In this document: positions 61,461-64,000 of the stretch, in pieces
Numbering within the stretch: position 1 is the stretch's first letter
Layout of the letters: each line of letters starts with the position of its first letter
IMG/VR virus record: IMGVR_UViG_2526164662_000021
Coordinates: 32,001-96,000 of that record
From: a virus
Lineage: Duplodnaviria; Heunggongvirae; Uroviricota; Caudoviricetes
Direction: 5' to 3' (one strand)
DNA length: 64,000 nucleotides
Position numbers and translations under genes: made by a program
Notes under the pieces: generated by a model
What the model saw: only the letters and a program-made list of their open reading frames with translations
The model's database searches: none
What the model was told of the DNA's origin: nothing

Positions 61461-61534
61461 TGTCATGCCATCGCACGGCCATACGTAGCGTTTAGCTCAG
61501 AGATCAATGGTAGTGCTGGCTGGGCTGCCGAAAG

Positions 61535-61592
61535 GCAGGCCGGTTCCCTTTGACGCCGGTAGTTCCAACCCAGTCAGTGCTACCGCCATTGA
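61535..61592 (+). ncRNA. c4-like antisense RNA element of second module (candidate)
   Basis: CCTTTGAC (61548-61555) is reverse-complementary to GTCAAAGG (61626-61633, overlapping the icd2 RBS AAGGAGG); GCTACCGC (61578-61585) pairs with GCGGTAGC (61608-61615). Confidence 0.35.
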
Positions 61593-61644
61593 GATTGGAA
61601 CCTCACGCGGTAGCTCCTTAACTTAGTCAAAGGAGGCTGCCATT

Positions 61645-61866
61645 ATGGCTACTATCCCTACCCCAACTCATCCTGAATTTATCTGGCGCTTTTACTCCTG
61701 CCAGAAACGTCACTATCACTTCGTTATTGCACCGACAGAAGATGAGGCTCGCTCTCAGCTTCCTGATGCACCCTGTATTTTCTCCGCCCGTTTTTCTACT
61801 GATTCGCGCAATTCTCTCAGTTACTGGTGCCTCCCTGTTAACGCTTCTGCTCAGGAGGGACTATGA
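61645..61866 (+). CDS. icd: Icd-like protein, second copy
   Basis: 73 aa (PEFIWRFYSCQKRHYHFVIAPTEDEARSQL), about 75 percent identical by eye to the copy at 11850; coupled to downstream ant-like gene. Confidence 0.6.
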   Translation: MATIPTPTHPEFIWRFYSCQKRHYHFVIAPTEDEARSQLPDAPCIFSARFSTDSRNSLSYWCLPVNASAQEGL

Positions 61867-62975
61867 GAACGTCATTAGTCACCCGTGAAGAGATGATTGA
61901 GGCAATTGAACAGCACACTGCCTGTATCAGTACCAGGGATATACCAGGCGTTATGGCCAACTACTTCATGATCACCAAACAACTTTACCGGAGAAAGGAC
62001 AAGAACGCTGTTCACCGCATTCTGTTGTCTGATATCCGCGAATACCTGCTCGAACAGGGTCATCTGAATTACGCAACCGTCGCAGCCGAAGCACGCAAGG
62101 AGGCACACAGAATGAAAGCAACTAACGTTAAATCAGAAAAAATTCATGCACCTTCAGTTCAGGAATCGGAGCTGGTGGTTGTTCAGAATCAGTCTGATGA
62201 AATTCCCGTTCTGGAATGGCTGGGAGTGCGTGTAGTGACAACTGAGACTCTTGCTAAAGGGTATGGGACCGATGAAGCGAATATTCGTAAAAATTTGTCT
62301 CGCAACCCCGATCGCTTTGAAGAAGGTAAGCATTACTATCTCTTAACTGGTTCAAAATTAAAGGAATTTAAAATGCTAGTGACTATTAGTCACTTGGTTA
62401 GCAAATATACAAGTCAGGTAATTCTCTGGGCCGAGCGCGGAGCGGCACGCATGTCTAAGATCGTGGACACAAATGAAGCGTGGGCATTCTTTGAAAAACT
62501 GGAAGACAGCTACTTCCGACAAAAAGAACAGCAACCGATCGCAATCCCCCAGACGCTTCCAGAAGCTCTGCGCCTGGCTGCCGAACTGGCTGAACAAAAG
62601 CAGCTTCTGGAACAGAAAGCCCACCAGCTAAATCAGCAGCTGGTGGCCGCCGCTCCTAAAGTCGATTTTGCCGACCGGGTATCAGTAGCTAAAGGGATCC
62701 TGATTGGGAATTTTGCAAAGGTTGTTGGACTTAAGCAAAACGCGCTGTTTGCCTGGTTACGGGAGAACGGCATCCTGATAGCGTCCGGTGGACGTAAAAA
62801 TGTGCCGTTCCAGCAGTACATCAATGCGGGGTATTTCACGGTGAAAGAAGTGGTGCTGGATGATGAAGATGGCTACCAGATACGGTTGACGCCTCAATTA
62901 ACGGGTAAAGGCCAGCAGTGGTTGACGCGTAAACTGCTCGATGCTGGCTTGTTAAAACCGGTGGCGGCTGAATAA
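61863..62975 (+). CDS. ant: Antirepressor Ant-like protein with KilAC domain, second copy
   Basis: 370 aa; N-terminus parallels Ant at 12068 (HTACI.TR.IPG..ANYFMIT); C-terminal KilAC domain nearly identical to Ant1; extra central insert. Confidence 0.65.
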   Translation: MRTSLVTREEMIEAIEQHTACISTRDIPGVMANYFMITKQLYRRKDKNAVHRILLSDIREYLLEQGHLNYATVAAEARKEAHRMKATNVKSEKIHAPSVQESELVVVQNQSDEIPVLEWLGVRVVTTETLAKGYGTDEANIRKNLSRNPDRFEEGKHYYLLTGSKLKEFKMLVTISHLVSKYTSQVILWAERGAARMSKIVDTNEAWAFFEKLEDSYFRQKEQQPIAIPQTLPEALRLAAELAEQKQLLEQKAHQLNQQLVAAAPKVDFADRVSVAKGILIGNFAKVVGLKQNALFAWLRENGILIASGGRKNVPFQQYINAGYFTVKEVVLDDEDGYQIRLTPQLTGKGQQWLTRKLLDAGLLKPVAAE

Positions 62976-62980
62976 TGGAA

Positions 62981-63010
62981 GAATGCCCGGTTGATGCCGG
63001 GCATAATTTA
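62981..63010. terminator. Bidirectional terminator between ant2 and c1
   Basis: ATGCCCGG-ttgat-GCCGGGCAT hairpin with flanking A/T runs. Confidence 0.5.
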
Positions 63011-63859
63011 TTGCGCGCTTTCGGGGTTGTCGTTTACTGGCTGCCCCTTCTTGGTTTTACGGCTGCGTGTAACTGATGCGGCTGACTTAACCTTTTTCTC
63101 TTCGCGAGTGATGGCAATTTGTTTTTTTACATTTTCAATATCTGCCAGGCGATATATTTTTGCTTGCGGCCAGCGGTCGCAGATGATCGGTTCTATAGAG
63201 TCATAAAGGCTAAATTTTGCTTTCTCGAATTCACCGTTGATGATAATTCCATCACGGAGAGTTTCATCGCAGATAAACACACCACATAGCGGCACATGGT
63301 AACTAACTGATTTACCATCATTGTAGTTAGGGCTACTAGAAATGTAATGGACGCGCAGCATTGTTTCGCTAAAGCCGTGTACGCGCATACGGAATTTTTC
63401 ATCCTCCGGGTACTGCTTCATTAGCTCTTTTGTTGCTTCCAGGTTCTCTATGTATTTCGCACTGTGCTCATTGATCCCCGCGCTTTTCTGGATGCGAATG
63501 TCCTTATCAATCAGATGAATAATGCGGCCAGCGGTCATGTTGACGCTGTTCACAGCTTCTGTCTGATAAGTCGTAACCTTACGCACACCGCGAAGGATGT
63601 TAGGCACTGGATATAAAATAGTCTTTGGGATATTGAGGTCTGGGTACTGTTCCAGTTCCCGCGCCATTAAAGTCCATTTATCAATTTCAGCCTGAATGCT
63701 GTCCGTTTCTTTGAACGGCAGAACGACAACCGGGCGAACAGGACGACCGTCGCTGGCGGCATCAACGTGTTGGGCGCGTGCAACAGCTTTTTTTAGAAAG
63801 AGATCCCTGAAGCTGACGAACTCCTGGTACAGTTGTTCGCCGTAGACATAATTTATCAT
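63008..63859 (-). CDS. c1: C1 repressor of lysis (P1 C1-like)
   Basis: 283 aa (MINYVYGEQLYQEFVSFRDLFLKK...); GGAGGAGG RBS; operator-like 17-mer upstream; matching operator-like sites across the window. Confidence 0.85.
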   Translation of the reverse strand: MINYVYGEQLYQEFVSFRDLFLKKAVARAQHVDAASDGRPVRPVVVLPFKETDSIQAEIDKWTLMARELEQYPDLNIPKTILYPVPNILRGVRKVTTYQTEAVNSVNMTAGRIIHLIDKDIRIQKSAGINEHSAKYIENLEATKELMKQYPEDEKFRMRVHGFSETMLRVHYISSSPNYNDGKSVSYHVPLCGVFICDETLRDGIIINGEFEKAKFSLYDSIEPIICDRWPQAKIYRLADIENVKKQIAITREEKKVKSAASVTRSRKTKKGQPVNDNPESAQ

Positions 63860-63953
63860 TGATCCTCCTCCAGAATTGACATGGCCAACAACTCACAGCG
63901 GATTACACTGGGAGTTGTTGGCAACCATTATAGAAGGATCCAACGAAAATAAT

Positions 63954-63970
63954 AGATTTATTAGTGCATT
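63954..63970 (-). promoter_or_regulatory. C1 operator-like 17-mer upstream of c1 (autoregulatory region)
   Basis: Reverse complement AATGCACTAATAAATCT (14/17). Confidence 0.5.
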
Positions 63971-64000
63971 TATTGTGAGTCTGGCTGGTTAGTGGCCATG

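Noticed and set aside
61303-61488. 61-aa plus-strand ORF in the second module leader
   Set aside because: No RBS; overlaps the operator and the hairpin/T-run; leader more plausibly non-coding.

Overview
This window reads as about 64 kb of a P1-family (Punavirus-like) phage-plasmid prophage. The call rests on motifs read from the sequence plus gene sizes and order recalled from phage P1; no database search was run, and gene names are by analogy with P1. Left to right: a minus-strand late tail operon (tail fibre N-terminus running off the window start, baseplate genes, 1140-aa Sit-like transglycosylase tail protein); an AT-rich sim-like locus of three secreted proteins; an immI-like module (C1 operator, c4-like antisense element, icd, ant); the kilA-repL lytic replicon; an orphan ParA-like ATPase and a DUF3892 gene; a head/sheath operon; parS-parB-parA; a T5orf172/GIY-YIG-like gene; the incA-repA-oriR plasmid replicon; spanin-like and PAAR-like genes; uhr-hrdC-dmt; tRNA-Asn, tRNA-Thr and a CAT-anticodon tRNA with repeated structured tRNA-like elements around them; ban; a six-gene baseplate operon; about 10 kb of small accessory genes; phd-doc; lpa; a solo IS200/IS605-type tnpB; pacA-pacB with the pac site; a second icd-ant module; and the c1 repressor. 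About twelve C1-operator-like 17-mers are scattered through the window. No rRNA, CRISPR array or integrase was seen. The strongest candidates for undescribed biology are the second immunity module beside c1, the T5orf172-like insert between incA and parA, and the structured RNA family around the tRNA genes.
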